From positions 649,083 to 713,082 of the forward strand of contig JBNZDD010013586.1 in assembly GCA_050575255.1 (NCBI GenBank): a stretch of 64,000 nt of DNA. The letters are read 5' to 3'. Made by a program: the position numbers and the translations under genes. This document shows positions 14,401-29,900 of this stretch, piece by piece (position 1 is the first letter of the stretch; each line of letters begins with the position of its first letter). The notes below the pieces were generated by a model. The model did not search any database. It was given only the letters and a program-made list of their open reading frames with translations, and had not been told where the DNA came from. The DNA comes from Harriotta raleighana (taxonomy: Eukaryota).

Positions 14401-17400
14401 TACTGTTAAGTGAATTGACTGTAGTTTTAATGGGCCAAAAAATGGCAGACCAATTGCACGCAGCAGTGTCCCACAAACAGTCGTGGATTAAGTGACCATA
14501 TTTTGATTATTTTCATTTTAATAAGATAAAGAGGGGGAGGGTGGNTTAATCAGACTTTAAACAGGGTAAAATAAAATAGAATGGATAATAATAATAATAA
14601 TAATCCTTGCGTTTGACACAGCGCCTTATCAAGTCTTCAAGACGTCTCAAAGCGCTTCAAAGAATATACTGTTAAGTGAATTGACTGTAGTTTTAATGGG
14701 CCAAAAAATGGCAGACCAATTGCACGCAGCAGTGTCCCACAAACAGTCGTGGATTAAGTGACCATATTTTGATTATTTTCATTTTAATAAGAAAAGAGGG
14801 GGAGGGTGGGACGTCACAATTGCTCTGCTCTTTTCCTGGAAGATGGGGATCGTTCATTGGCAACGGGCATTTTGGTCAAACAACGACGGCTGCTCAGACC
14901 TCTGTTGGACTGGAGCCAAGGATGTTCCTGGTTGCTTTCCTGTTGGCAAGCCCGAACCATGGAAGCTGAACGATTTTCCTTTGGAGAATGACACCAGGTT
15001 AAACGAAATGAAAAGGCTTTTTCGTGTGCGGTAATATTTGAGAAGACAATGCAACAATGGGAAAAATAAATGGGCACACACAGAAACAATCCATCACTGC
15101 CAAAAAAAACCAAAAAAAACTGATAATAAGATAGCTAACCCACCCTAACACAGCCTTGGCCACATCTCAAAACTATCAGCAGTATTTTCCATGCTCGAGA
15201 AATCAAGAGCAGTCCATATTCAAACTGATTCCGTCTTTCAACTCCGGGAGGGGAAAAAAAAAGCCCCTGTTTTAAGCTTTCGCAACCAAAAGTTACAAAA
15301 ATGTTTTCAACCACAGGCAAGTGAACTGGCACACACCTCCGCTCCGTTACTGTACGCACTTTCAAAGCAAAAAAACAAACAAAAAAAAACAAATATCCCT
15401 TTCAGCTCAGTAAGAATGATTTGATTGAAAACCAATTGACTAAAGAAATGCCCCCGAACGCTTTTGTGCCCCTTTATTCGAACGAGGGACCCACTGCAAC
15501 TGGACGATAAGAAGCAAAGACAATACCAGGATGCAGCAAGTTTTCGTTCGGACCGAGAATTTGAAAAAACGACACGCTATTCATTACTACCCACACAAAA
15601 ATGTGTACGCAACGCTCAAAATATTGCAAAAAATCAGTGACACAAAGCAGACTGCTCATGATAAGGATGAGCCAACCAACCTAGTTCAAAACAGCTGTTC
15701 ACAGCTAACTCAGCTAACTCTAACCTGAGACTTTTTAATGATCACAATGTCGCTGTCTGTCTCACACGTGGTTTTTCGACACTTTCGCTGGGTGTATTGC
15801 TCCCGGCCACCCCAGAATAAATTGACCCAAGTCAAATCAGCAGTAGCCTCAAAGTATTTGAGCCAATCTTAATAACAATTCTTGCATTCGATATGGAGCC
15901 TTATCATGTCTTCGAGATCTCTCAAAGCGCCTCACAGCATTTACTGCAAAGTGAATTGACTAAATTTTTCGCGTGCAAAACGCGGCAGCCATTTGCGCAC
16001 AGCAGATCTTACCACATAAACGCGCCACAGAAGTCATGAAAGGAACAAGAAATGCAATATGTTAGATGCCTTGACCTGAATCCCACTTTATCAGTCTACA
16101 AACCTTTCGAACCCCTTAGCAATATTCGATAGTATCCCACATTTCTTTTTAAACTAAAAATTGTTGAAAATTCACAGGAAAAAAAAAAATTTGCACTGTC
16201 TCATGAAATGATCTCATCTCTTTGAATAAACAGATATCTCTCAAACCATCAACTCCGGGGAAACAAACATGCGAACGTCTCTCATGCCAAGTGCAAAGAA
16301 TCATTTATCTGCTCACCAGAAGAGACTTCACAAGGATATTTTCAACCAATCTGAAATCGTTCCGCAGCTGTTTGTTCTTGGAGCTCGTGCCCTCCATTTC
16401 CTCATCGGCGTAGAAACGGAAAAACTGGGATTCATCCTTGAATTCGCTTTTCTCCAGGACTGTTAACGTGAAAAGTTTACCGTTTGACGGCAAGGAAAGC
16501 AAGACGTAGAGGGTGAAATTTGTTTAAAAAAAAGGGGTCAATTCTGGGTTCACGACAACACAACGCACATTTTAGAACTGCGAATTGCAAATGCTACCAC
16601 CACTCAATTAAAATAAAAGGCTTAAAATATTTAATGCAGACCATTATTAGCTCATTATTCAGTGCTTTAGTGACGCAGCATTTCAATTACATTTTTAGCG
16701 AAAACCGTATCTCTAAATCATTTATTAGGAGGTACATAATAAAGGTTATATTTGTTCCTGTGTTAAGCGCTATCAACCACAGCATTCACATCAACTCCTA
16801 TACAATGTGGGCAACACTTGCAGAAACCAAACTAAAATTCCTTAACAGTCAGTTGGCTGTAAGCCTGGTACAAGAGGAAAGTTTTCAAGCGGGACTTGAA
16901 GAGGGGGAGAGAGAGAGAGCAAGGAAGAGGGATTGAGGGAGAGTGTTCCAGAGTTTTGGGGCGTCGTGGCTGAAAGAGCGAGGTGGAGAGGGGTTGAAAT
17001 TGAGGCTTAACATTTGTAAGGAAAGGAAGAAACAGGATCACTTATGTTGGCAATGCAAACTACAGGGAAAAGATCAAAGTATTAAGACATTCATTAGACA
17101 TAATGTACAGCATTGTCATTGCATAACTAAAAAGACAATGACCAGAGATGAATTGAAATTAAACAATGGCAAAAAAGATTTCCTGTGTCTTAAATGTTTC
17201 CAAGTTGTTTTTTTTTAAAAATAAACAAAATGAACAACATATAGGGCTGGTTGAAAGGGGGGAGAAAAGATCCCTAATCTATATTTCAAGGGTTTTAGTT
17301 AAGTTTTCCCTGGGTAATAATTTGAGATGGATGGCTGGATTTTTAAGATTTCAATTGTAAAAGTGGAAGATGAAGCATTTGATAAAGGTTGTTTGCGACA

Positions 17401-17873
17401 CAGAACAATCGTTGGTTTAAATCCGGGTCAGCTCATTGTCGAGGGAAGAGTCTGGTCTTATAACAAAGCCCAATTTCTGTGGAAATTCTGAGCTATTGTT
17501 TGAGGTTCAGCCGCATTTCGAATCATCATCTTCGCACACCGACACACAAGCTGTGTGTGTGACTCAGTTGACGTTGTTCTCTGGCTAGTGGGTCATCGTT
17601 GGCTGCCCAATGCAGAGCGACACAACCCACAAACGTTTCGGTCACACTGGCAAATGGAGACAATACAGGCATCGCAAGCACCAGAGAGAAGGGCGGCCCT
17701 TTCGTTCACGTAGCCAGTGGCAACCGCCAAACCACAGGACTTTACTGACGATTGTCATTGATAATAGTCCAGGAGAGGAACGGGGTCCAAACAACTCTCA
17801 TTGCCGAAGCAGAACAAGGGGACGAGGGGACAGCGAACGTGAAACTTGCAAATGAAAAAAGATGAATGCAGCN

Positions 17874-17937
<64 letters not shown>

Positions 17938-20900
17938 GAAAGGAGACGACAGGATGTCTCGCTATGGTGAGCGGCTGTCGGCGGAAAGATCACGAAGCTC
18001 CAATTATCGCAATGGAAAATACAGACTGATAAAAAGATGGATTTTCTTTGATCGATTACCGTGATGCATGAAGCCATTATTGCACAGCCCGACACCAAGT
18101 GTGACCGCTTCCTCTCTGGTCTGGCAGTCGCCCTGGCAACGAAGGACGACAATTTCAATAAAACTAAAACACCGCACCTCGAGCGATTTCCTTTCGAAAA
18201 CGCTTCCATCGCAACTCTAAATTTAGAGCCTCCGGGGCTTTTCTCTTGCCACAGACAATGCCCTTTTTTTGACAAACAGAAATGGAATGGGTTTCCATTG
18301 AGGTTCAAAAATAGCACAACTAGAGCCGCGAATAAAATGCAAAGGAAACAGGGAGGACAAAGACAATGTCTGGAGGCAATTAGCTAAAGTTCACTTAAAA
18401 GAGTTGTGGTCCCAGTCACGAACAATTTGTCTCGTAGATCAAAAAAAAAAACAACTGCCATAACACCATGGGATTTTTGAGGTGGAGCTCGCGTTATTTT
18501 TGTTGCAAAAAAATAAATAAATTCTTTCTTTTTTTTTTTAACCACAAAAAAAATCTCGTCTTTTGTTCCATTAGAAATCACTCCCCGAATAAGGCACAAT
18601 GTCATGAAAATAACACTCAATCGCATTTTTCTGAGGGATTCTTTGAAAATGCACAAGACTGCCATTCAGAACCCCCACCCCAAGCCAGACCTCATGTTGT
18701 TCTGACCCCCTTCCCCCATCCCTTTCCCCCACCTCTCCATAATGGTCTTGACAGTTCAGTTGCTGAGCTGGTCTGCAGCGTTCTTGCTAATGACTGACCA
18801 ACCCGCCTGCCTGCCTGCTTCAGCAGCAGTTACTGGGAGTAGGGATTCTTCCCACATCCCAAACAAGCTGTTCCAAGCAGCGGTAAGCTTGCCAGACATC
18901 TTACCTGGGTCTGCGGTTTTAGCTAGTTAGTTACCCCAATGCGCACTCTAAGTTCCCCTTTTAAGAAAGGAAAACAACGAGTTTCAACAGCCTATTCCCT
19001 ATACCTCGAGAGACAGGCAATGTGAGCGCTCCTTTCCCTCCCTTCTTACCTGTGCTAAAAGCCAATCTATCAGCTTGTTCGCTGGGACCACAGACTTATA
19101 GGTCTTTAGATGATGATCTCGGTCCCTGGATTTGAGGTAAAACAAGTTCATTTCCAATTAGTACATTTCAGAAATGTTGTTCTGGTTTCCAGAACAGAGA
19201 CACAATCCTGATCATTTTTTTGCAGTCCCTATAAAATCATGCTTTTGCATCAACTACCTTTGTCGAAAAAAACTCTATTCTATTCATTCATTCAAGTTGC
19301 CTTCCATCTAAAACGTACAATCTGAAGTTTCTTGTGTTTTTTTATCCACAAAACAAAATTGCTATCAATTCTAATAGTTCTAATGGAAAATTTAGGCCAG
19401 GAAAAGATTAAGTTCAAACATTAAACATTGTCATTACCATTTATGGACAGTCTTGAGCAATATTTTTCTCTCCTGCTTTGTTTATTCTTGTTAAGAGAAA
19501 CCTTAAATCTCAATAGTCACATACTCCGGAGAATTGTTTATTTCAGTTAATGAGATAACGCTGCAGAAACATATGTCAAAATAATACGAGTCAAGGGACA
19601 AGCTTTGGTGAATATAAATACAGCCCTTGGTTCCTTCAAATTCCTTTTAAGAAAGGAAAACAACGAGTTTCAACAGTTTATTCCCTATACATCGAGGGAC
19701 ATGCAATTTGAGCGCTCAACAATTCATCTTATTTTGATCAATCAAGGCAATAATTAATACAATGTGTTCGTCCAACTGTCTAATTTTTTAATGATTTAAA
19801 TGTAGTTTTGTTTTAATTACCTTATTTATTGCCAGCAACTAATTAATTTAAAGGTCAATCTAGGATTGACAGAAAACGTTTCAGACAACAGTTTTCCAGT
19901 AACACTTGCTGAAAATAATGCAATTTAATAAGAAGAAGAATCCTTGCTTTTGATATAGCGCTTTTCATATCTTCTAGACATCTCAAAGTGCTTCACAGAA
20001 TATACTGCAAAATGAATTAACTGAATATATGTGGGCGAAACGCAGTAGCCAATTGCGCACAACAGTGTCCCACAAACAGTGATGGATTGAAATGACCAAT
20101 TTTATTTTTAGGTGTTATTATTGGGCATGCGGAGTAAGGAAATTTGCCCAAGGTTTCGCCCTGCCAGGAATTCAACCGAGGTCTCTCTCTGTAAGGCGAG
20201 ATATCACTGAGCCTCAGAACTCCACACAATTTAAATGAAAGTCCTGAGTGGATTGAACATTAAGTTATAGAAACACAGCAATCAACAGTGTGGATGGAGG
20301 CCATTCGAAAATGCTTTGGTTATCTCGATGGGCCATATTGGAACAAAACCATCTCACAGCTATATACAACACAATTGGCATTGATTACGTCTGGGCAGCA
20401 GGCATTAATCAGTGAACGCTGATGAGATACTGCAATAATCAATAGGAGAGTATATATCAGCAGATCTCTGCATTGGAATAAACACTGATGTTCCTTTCTA
20501 AAAGCAAATCCTCCAAAAGTGCTTTGTACATCGCAACACAAAATCACAGACTTGCGATAAGAATATTTATCCTTCACAAAGCTGAAACCCAAACACACAC
20601 ACACAAAAAAACTTACTTGATCACAGGAGTGAAAAGACAATGTAAACGGCAGTACAGCCTCACTCCCTATCAAAGAAAAAAAAAGTAAAAAATTTTTAAA
20701 TGACATTAATTCTATCCATGCCACACACCATCTGGTACATTTAACTTCTGGAACCCGTAAGAGTTTTAATTTTCACTCATTGCAGCAAAGAATCCAATCT
20801 CACAAAAATCCTCCACAGACACACCAACACACACACACACATGCACACACACTCACACAACAACAAAAACAATAAAATTACACTTGTATAGCGCCTTTCA

Positions 20901-23900
20901 TGTCAGGAAACATGCACGCACAACCACACACACAAATACACACAACACACAACACACACAAGAACAATATTAAGATATCCAGTAGGTTACCTTAGACATA
21001 ATATCTTCCATCTCGCTTCTGGGTTTGTAGGTTCCATCATCGTATCGAAATCTGTACAAGACCGCCTCGTTTCGGAAGTGATGCTTGTCGGAAACTGAAA
21101 TAAACACGATCGGACAGAATTATACTCCACATTCCTGCAGTTATTATTCCTGCAGACAAAATACTCTTTCATATGCATTCATCAAGCCCATTTGCCGGTG
21201 TGTTTTTGGCGAGACAAAATACTGTTCTTCTGTAGAAATGTACAATAGGCTTAATCAAAGGAGACTTTTTGTACATCTGAAAGAAATATGCTTAGAACAT
21301 TTAATAATAATAATCCTTGCATTCGATATAGTGCTGTTCACGTCTTCTAGATGTCTACATCGCTTCACAGAATTTACTGTAAAGTGAATAGACTATATTT
21401 GTGGGTGAGCAGCCAATCAGACACAGCAGTGTCCCACAAACAGTCGTGGATTGAAATGACTAGTTCATTATTGTTTTTTTGAGGGATTGTGATCAGGTGC
21501 GTGGAGTAAAGAAACATGGCCAAGGTTTCGCCCCAGCCAGGAATCGAACCTAGGTCTGTAAAGCAAGTGCTAACCGTCTACATCAAAATGTGAGCAAGAC
21601 ATAGAAGAAATGGAACAGTGTCAATTCAATACAAATATGAAAGGATTGCTTATCAGAGGTCAAAGATTTGGGGCAACAATGCTTCAACAATGCTGCGCTG
21701 TACAATCAGTGGGCGTTTGGGTGAGGCAGAACTGAAAAGTGGCGTTCAGTTTACATCTCTGCCTAGCAGAGATTACGGGTAGGTAGGCAGCTCAGTATTT
21801 AGTTTGATCGATAATCAACCAATAACTAATTCATGCCAGTGACCTTTCTCCTTGGATCCTCCCGATTACGTTCTTCTGCGGCTCCTGACTTTTCCCCTCA
21901 GATACATTCTTGGCCCATCAAAGCCACAAGGCATTTTCCCAAAGCTCTGCTCTTGGCTCATCCATGCCAACTACACAAAGAACAAGTTCCAAACTCTCAT
22001 TGATCAAAATCAGTCATGTACACACTTGGCACAGGACATGAAAGGGACATCAGAATTTTCTGTTTTACATCCAGCTGAGTGAAGAAAGGCAATAGATTTT
22101 TTTTTGCTGGGATACTTATGACGTGGGTCTAAGTTTCATTTTTCTCATCAGGTTTTTTTTGGGCATTTTCTGCTACTGCTCGGAGAAACAACATGAAAAA
22201 TTGAACTCTGCCTGCAACCAGAGTGGGTGGGCTTGAATGGCAAACATTGCTCAGCTGCAGGAACTCGCTATCGTTTAGTGCCAAACACTTAGTCCCAGAT
22301 GACTTAACAAAAAGAGTTGGCAGCGTTTTTCTACGGGAAGATTTACATCTTGATATTCCCATAAACACCTTGCCTGGTTCGGGAAAGTTCCTGACTCCAC
22401 ACCTCTCTGTTTACCTAGTAAGTTGGAACTACAGTAGCTAGTCGATTGACTGATAGCTTTTCCAGGGGTATAATAATCTCTTCAAAAAAAATCAAAATAA
22501 TAACAATCATTTGGTCCAAGGCTATTTTTGGGACAGTGCAGGGCGCAAACGACTACCACATTTCACCTACAAAAAATACAATTAATTTACTTTAAGTGCT
22601 TTGAGACATCTCAAGGACGTAATAAGATGCTGTATCAAATGCAAGGATTATTGTTGGTGGACTCTCCCAAACTGAAAGAATGTGAAGACGGACTTCAAAA
22701 TGTAAATTAAATAATGTTTTAAGAATAAGATGCAACGAGACGTACAGAAACTATAAATAACACCATTTACTGTCAGTAATATGAAGTTTTGAAGAACCCA
22801 AGTGCTAGCCCGCCATTTAAGATGTTTACAAAGATAGTTCTCAAGAACAGATCACAGGCTGCGACTACCCAGGAAAACCACACAATTCGTTTCTCAAAAC
22901 AAATTTACAATCAGCCAATACACTGTTTAACCTTCAGAAATGTCAGAAATTTCTATCATTTCAATGGGAAAGGGAGAAATAATTGTAGGGATCGTTACCC
23001 TGATCTGAACAGACTCTTCAGGGATGTGCACTCAGTTCATTATGCTGAGATTGACTCAGACCCGAGTGTTGAAATGATCATAATTCATGCCATTTTTAAC
23101 AACTGAGAAGAGAATTTAAATGAAAGACTTTGTGTTAACAGGTTCGCTCAAACGATGAAATCGAAAGGTTCAGGTTAAGCTGTGTGCAATGCAGTCGGCA
23201 GCTGATATTGCCAAGACATTTATAATGATCTAGTTTTGTGACTGATCATTTCAATGCACACCATTGACAACCGCCTCTGACCCTAGATGAAGGACACGGA
23301 CGCCCTTTGCAATGCCATTTCCTGCAGCTCTGTGTGGATTTACTCACCGTGATGAATGATGCCATTCTCAAGCAATGCCTGACCCAGGTTCACTCCTTCC
23401 TCTGGTTTACTGATCTCTCCTATCTCCATCAGCCAGGAAACAAACTCACTAGAAACAAAGATTCAAAAGATGAGACCAATGGACCTTATGGTCAGCATAA
23501 GATAGATATCCGAGTGGGTAATCAGTAACACCCCCCAAAAACAATGCGAAGGAAAAAAATCTAAGAAAAGGCAGAAAATATTCAAGTTTCATTACCTTAT
23601 TTACAAATTACATACATTTCAGTCTGATTTTAATCAAATCATTACGGTTTGTAAAGTAAAATCCTTGCTGGGTAATGTGTAAAAAGCCGGGGCAAAACAC
23701 ACCTAATTTTATTTCAATAAATATATCAGNTATTTACAAATTACATACATTTCAGTCTGATTTTAATCAAATCATTACGGGTTTGTAAAGTAAAATCCTT
23801 GCTGGGTAATGTGTAAAAAGCCGGGACAAAACACACCTAATTTTATTTCAATAAATATATCAGTCATGTATTAAATTACCTAAAAATACTCGAGCAAGCA

Positions 23901-26900
23901 CACTTGACAAAAATATTGCACCATTCAATTTTGTTTTAAAATTTAAAAACAGGACGAATCAAGCATAGGAAGGGTTACAGTCACTTTTATACTGCCATTT
24001 AATGCACAAAGCCCAAGATTTTGCTTGGCACAATTTATAAACTCTGACAGGCATTTAATCCCTGAACAGGCAAGGCTTCTTTTTGAAGAATTTGGTCCTT
24101 AGCCAGGGTAGCTTCCTGGAAGAAGTTGTTGATTCAAAACCCAGAAACAGAGACAAACTTCATTAATTCGCTCTTTATTTATTTATTCAATCACCCTTTT
24201 TTTTATATAACACACACTGGTAATTCCATCCCTTTCCCTTTCAAATAATTTATGTTATGCAAAACTTGACATCCTCCCGAATCAACTTTGTTTTTAACTT
24301 ATATAATTTGGTAATATTCAATCAGATCAAAATTTTGCACTCATGAAAATGAACGTGATGGAATTTCAGTGCTCATGAAGCTGCCTGGAACAAAAAAGAA
24401 TTTCCGTAACATGAACACATTGTTATTCGCATATCTCTGGGGTTCTTACTTGCAGGTAAAATCCACAACAGACACAAAGAAATGTGAACTTCAGGCTTGC
24501 AATATTTCCCTATACACTGGGGATGTCTCTACAAGCATAAATGCGCTCAAGGCGTAGTAAATAAAATAGGCAAGGTTCGAATGGTTGTGCACAATTGTTT
24601 AAACATTGGTGGAACAGTTTAAATAGAAAGGCAATGCTCACATATTTTATTTCCAGGAAACGTCCCAACTAGTTGCTACCAAGGTAGAGACGGAACTGAA
24701 TAGATAGTCAGCATTTTAAGGACTGAATTTTGATAAACAGACTATTTTAATGGACCAGTTGTGAAGCTGTTGTCACTCTACCCTTTGATGTGAGACGTGA
24801 AAGACGCACTACAAATGTAAGTTTAAATGAAGGATTATTATTATTATTATTTTGTTGTTGTTGTTGATGCCTTCAACTCTGCACCATGCAGATGGGCATT
24901 CGCTAAAACAAATCGTTGCCTCGTATGTCCACATGCGAATCAGTGGTACTTATCTTAAAACTGCTGCTAGAATTGTACCGAGCATAAAATTAGAAAATCA
25001 TCCCTGTTTATTTCACACGTGAAACAATTCTTGACAGTCAGCAGCGGCATCACCGAAGTGGTGTAGAATCAATCTGAAAGCATCTATCCCCAACCCACCC
25101 CCACCAAAAAGAAAACACACACAGCCCCGTTCGTTGATGCACAGTAAAACAAGCCTGGAACTCAACTTAGAGCCTATAATGATTCACACTTATTTAAATG
25201 CTTGCGTGTCGAAAATCTGTCAGGACTCGGAATACACAATTGTTACACTGAGACACACTCGACTGAACTCATTTGGTCATCACAAAAGACTTCCTCACAT
25301 TCAGTAGAAAAGATTACAATCTCCAGCTGATTGTACTTTATACGCATTACTGCGAATGTTATTTGTAACTGATTGATACGAGGATCAATCTTGTGACACT
25401 GTACATCTTGATTAAGACGTTCGGGAAGTTCACGGTGCAAGAATGCTCCAAGTTGGATTTATTTTCTGCTCAGGGACCCCCTCAGACAGGGGTAAATGAA
25501 TTTCCAGTTACCAGAGAGAGTCTCTGTCCTCTATGTCTCCCTAAAATAAGAGGTTTTGCAAATGAATACAATAAAAACTGAGCCCATGCATGGCTGTTGA
25601 TGTATCATTAACCAGCACAAATGCTTCAATTATTCGTGTATTAACAACAGAGCAGGAGTTTTGCTGCTTTTTTTAAAAAAAAACACTTGATAGAATTGTG
25701 GGCAGTGTATTTTTCGAGTAACCAGCGTGCTGAAAATTACAGAATGTGGCTTTATTACTCTATAAAATCTGCACTTAGCATCCAGATAAAACAAAAAAAA
25801 ATTAATTGGCGTAACCTAACAAGTGCTGGATGGTAATGCCTTTGCAATTAGGTCCCATCAAATTATATTGGATTTGGCACAGCAGAGCTCAACCCACAGG
25901 AAACCTCACTGCACAGCCTTTTCAACTTGTGTGAATAGAACATTAAAATTGACGCTGCCTTACTTGCCAAGAAAACACTTTGGGACAATAGACAGCTTTC
26001 TTCTCCTGTCCTTTATCAGGTTTCCCTTCCGACTCATCATCATGTGGTACAGCTTCTCTCCCTTCTCAGAGATCATAACATATGCATCGCGTTCCATGCC
26101 CAGCTTTAGACCTAGGGAAATACAAGGGTGGGGTGGGGGGGTTAGGGGGAGCGAGAGCATCATTCAAAAGTCCGCCACTCGATGCCGCGTTCTTGCCAGG
26201 AGAGCTTTTTATTCAGTGACGGAACTAATAATAAAAAAAAACGCGACCAAATTTACGTCCTCGCTTTCGTTCGCAAAGTAGAGATCGCCAAGACAGGGCA
26301 ACTGTTTCAAAAGTGCATTTCTTCGGTCAGGGATCAGAACAGAACTCACCCAAGCCTATATTCAAAATGGATCGGGTTCAGTCGCTGACAGAACCTTGCG
26401 TTGGGGGGCACTGAACACAGCAGTAGTTTGCACGAAACCAACGTGCGACCCTTTACATTCTCTACGAGGATAATAACACTTGTAAACTGCTTGTAATCCT
26501 ATTTCGATGTGGACCGGCTCCCACTCAAATAGCTTTACGTGCGACACGTTATTTCAAGCACTTGATTAAAAAAAATTATATCGCTCCTCAGACCTATTTT
26601 AACTGCCATAAATGGTAAAGCAATCTGCTAATAATTCATGTTTACGCAAATAATGCCCATTTAAAATAGTAAAGTACCCAGAATCCAGTTACCCATCATG
26701 AATGCACATCTCTGCATGTCCCTATTAATACCGTAGTTTTCAAACCTCCCCCCACATGCCCCCACACCCAAATCTCTCTTGAGGGATATTTGAAAGGCAT
26801 TAGGGCAACCCCAATATAAAAACACATGGTACGTTTGGATGGAAAACAGATGGTTAACTAAAGTTATGTAGGTGTTCACAGTGCTGTTCAAATATGGAGC

Positions 26901-29900
26901 AGCTGTTGTCCAAATCTGTACACAATGATGATATGGAGGACAAGCATCAGGACAACATGTAATTAATTGGTTTAAAAGAATTAATTCTTCGGGAGTCCAC
27001 ATTTCAAAGCATTCCTCTCTCTCCTTCTTGAGAAAGTAACCGGGACTTTACATGCAAGAAAAGCTATCCACGTGGCTGAACACGCTGAGTGAAATGGATC
27101 GCAATGCATCCATTTTGAGCTGATATAATTGGGCGCTATTCGATTACTCACTCTCCCTCTGCTCCCGTTCCTTCAGGATCGCGTCCAGCCATTTCTGTTT
27201 CTCTTCCACAGTTTTGGCCATGCAGACGAACCATTTGTTTTTGGCCGTGTTGTGAATCTTCCAGCCGTTTGTCACAGTGTATCCGTTGCTATGGTAGTCC
27301 GCTGCAAACAGTGCAACCGTGTGGGTTAGGGAGCGTCAGATCACAAGAACACGAAGCGTAAAGATTCTTTGAAGCACAGGAAATCGAAATCCCTTCAACC
27401 GCAAAGCGGATCGCTCTCTGGTGTGACGTTGAAGGGGTTCGGTAGTAAAGATTGGTGTAGCAGAAACACAAAGTTCTACTTGAGATGTGGAACTGGTAAA
27501 CGAGTGGTTTCTAATGTAAATTAATATTTAATATTAGTGTAATATGAAATCATGTGGGGGAAATAGGCCGTTATAAATTATGTTTGTGAGAACCCATCAA
27601 CATGCTTAAAGGTATCTAAACTAGGGTGAGAGTCCCACTTCTGTATGCAGCTTACACCATGGAACTGTCTGTGTCTGCAATGCGATAATAATAATAATCC
27701 TTGTGTTTGATATAGCGCTTTTCATGTCGAGTAGATGTCTCAGCCAATTGCGCACAGCAATATCCCACAAACATTCACAGATGGAAGCGACCAATTCATG
27801 ATTGTTTTTTTTCTTGAGGGATTATTGTCAGGTGTGTGGAGCAAGGAAACTTGCCCAAGGTTTCGCCCTGACCTACTGGGAATCAAACCCAGGATCTGCA
27901 TGCTCTCCTTGGGAGAGTATGACTTGCTTACCTAATTCTAGAGAGAATTAAACGCAGGTTGGCAAGAGTGAAGACGAGCATTGAGGACTGCAGGCTAACC
28001 AGCTGAACCACTTTACTTGTCATTGGAAGTGGTGTCTGTCTGACAAGCTTCCCATCTCCTTGTCCAGCTAAGACCACTCTACCACTGTGGCTTGGGAATG
28101 ACTGCTCTAAGTCTGCCACTCTTAAGTCCCGCTGATGTGCCTGGCTGGCTGGTTTGTCATCAGCACAACTCTGGGCTGTATTGTAGATCTGTGTGGCTTA
28201 TGAACTGAAGTACCAACACTGATAATAATAATAATCAGACCAATGATTGAATCAATTCTGCCATTCCATTGCCAAACATGTCACCTTGGAGGAGCCAGCT
28301 CAGCTCCGAGACACCCTGCTTTATTTTCCCTCTCGCTGTAATGATGTGTGACATTAGCCATTTTGGAAAACAAGAAGCTGCAACCACATTGTATCCTGGT
28401 TCAGCTGAACCTCACGAAAGGGCGGCTTCTTGAGCATGCAAAGCAAAACCATCAAACCACCCGACACAGCGTTTAAAGGTGAACCTTGCAGGAATTGTTT
28501 CAAGTAATAACATGAGAGTTTATTTGACAAGAGGTAAAACAATAGTTTGACGATAATCTACATGAGTTGTAACGGCTTTCACCTCCGTGGATTGGCGATA
28601 AAGATTGTAGTCTTCAATTGTAGATTTAATCGCATTGGCCTCAATTGATAAATGGATAAGGGCTATTCATTGCAAAGCTCCATTTTTATCTTTGGATTAC
28701 AAAATCTCAATCTCNAAGCTGACATTACGTAAATCCAAACCCTTTCCTCTTAGGTTGCAGGTATCAGAGATGTGAAGAATAAAAAGCTCTTCAGCATTTA
28801 ACACATGAANTCTTTACCTATCAACATCAGCTGGCATAAACGCTTTGCCAATTGTTGAATTATTAAAGAAAAAAATAGACAAAAAATGTCATATTTGATT
28901 ATTTCTTGCTAGCTATAACACACACAAGGTTAATTGTTTCATGGTACAGTACATACTGACTGGAAATGATACCTCAAATTAGGTTGATATTAGCATGAAT
29001 TTACAAACCACAACATCTAGTCGATTGCATTGTATGTTGAGTTCTGAGAATTCAGTGAGTGGCTAATGTACCAGGAAATTCTGCCTCTACAAAGTCATTG
29101 CAAGTTAGAATTGTAGATGTGGTACATCTTGCCCTTTACAGCATTTTATTTTCACAATACAGTACTAAGTAAAATACTACCAAGTCACTGTTTTGAGTGT
29201 GTGCATCTTCACTCAATGCTGCTCTGCTTGTAAGTTAAAGTTTAAAGTTTTCTCACAATAAGAATGCGCGTTTGGTAAACAGAAGCAAGAAGACGTTGGC
29301 CTGATGGCTCTAATCTTTTTCAGTAAAAAACATACTTCTTTCTGAGAGGTAATAAGGAGAGGTAGAAATTGGGAGATGAAACACATTCTTCTATTTGGGG
29401 AAACAGTGTCTAGATCAAGCACTTTCATCTTATTGATTTTAAAGTGTTTCATAATTGCCACACACAAAGTGCACCCTTTTAGAAACAAACTGATGTTTCG
29501 AGATAATAATAAGAATAATCCTTGCATTCGATATAGCGCTTTTCACATCTTATTGATGTCTCAAAGCGCTTCACAGAATATATATTCTAAAGTGAATTTA
29601 CTGTATAATTGTGGGCGATACGTGGCAGCCAATTGCGCACAGCAGCGTCCCCACAAACAGTCGTGGATTGAAATGACCATTTTTTTTATTATTGTGGGTT
29701 TTTTTTTGGACGGATTATTATTAGGCGTGTGTGTGGAGTAAGGGAACTTGCCCAAGATTTCGCCCTGATCTGCCTGGATTCGAACACACATCTCACGCTT
29801 GTAAGGCGTGATAATAAGATAATTGGGACAGACACAGGTTGCCCTCAAATTGTCCGACGTGTTTGTATGCTAAATACGCAGTCACTAGGCTTCGCAATAA

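Noticed and set aside
17742-18317. 191-aa polyproline ORF
   Set aside because: The proline run comes from the poly-G tract beside a gap, and the ORF overlaps exon 15 in the wrong frame.
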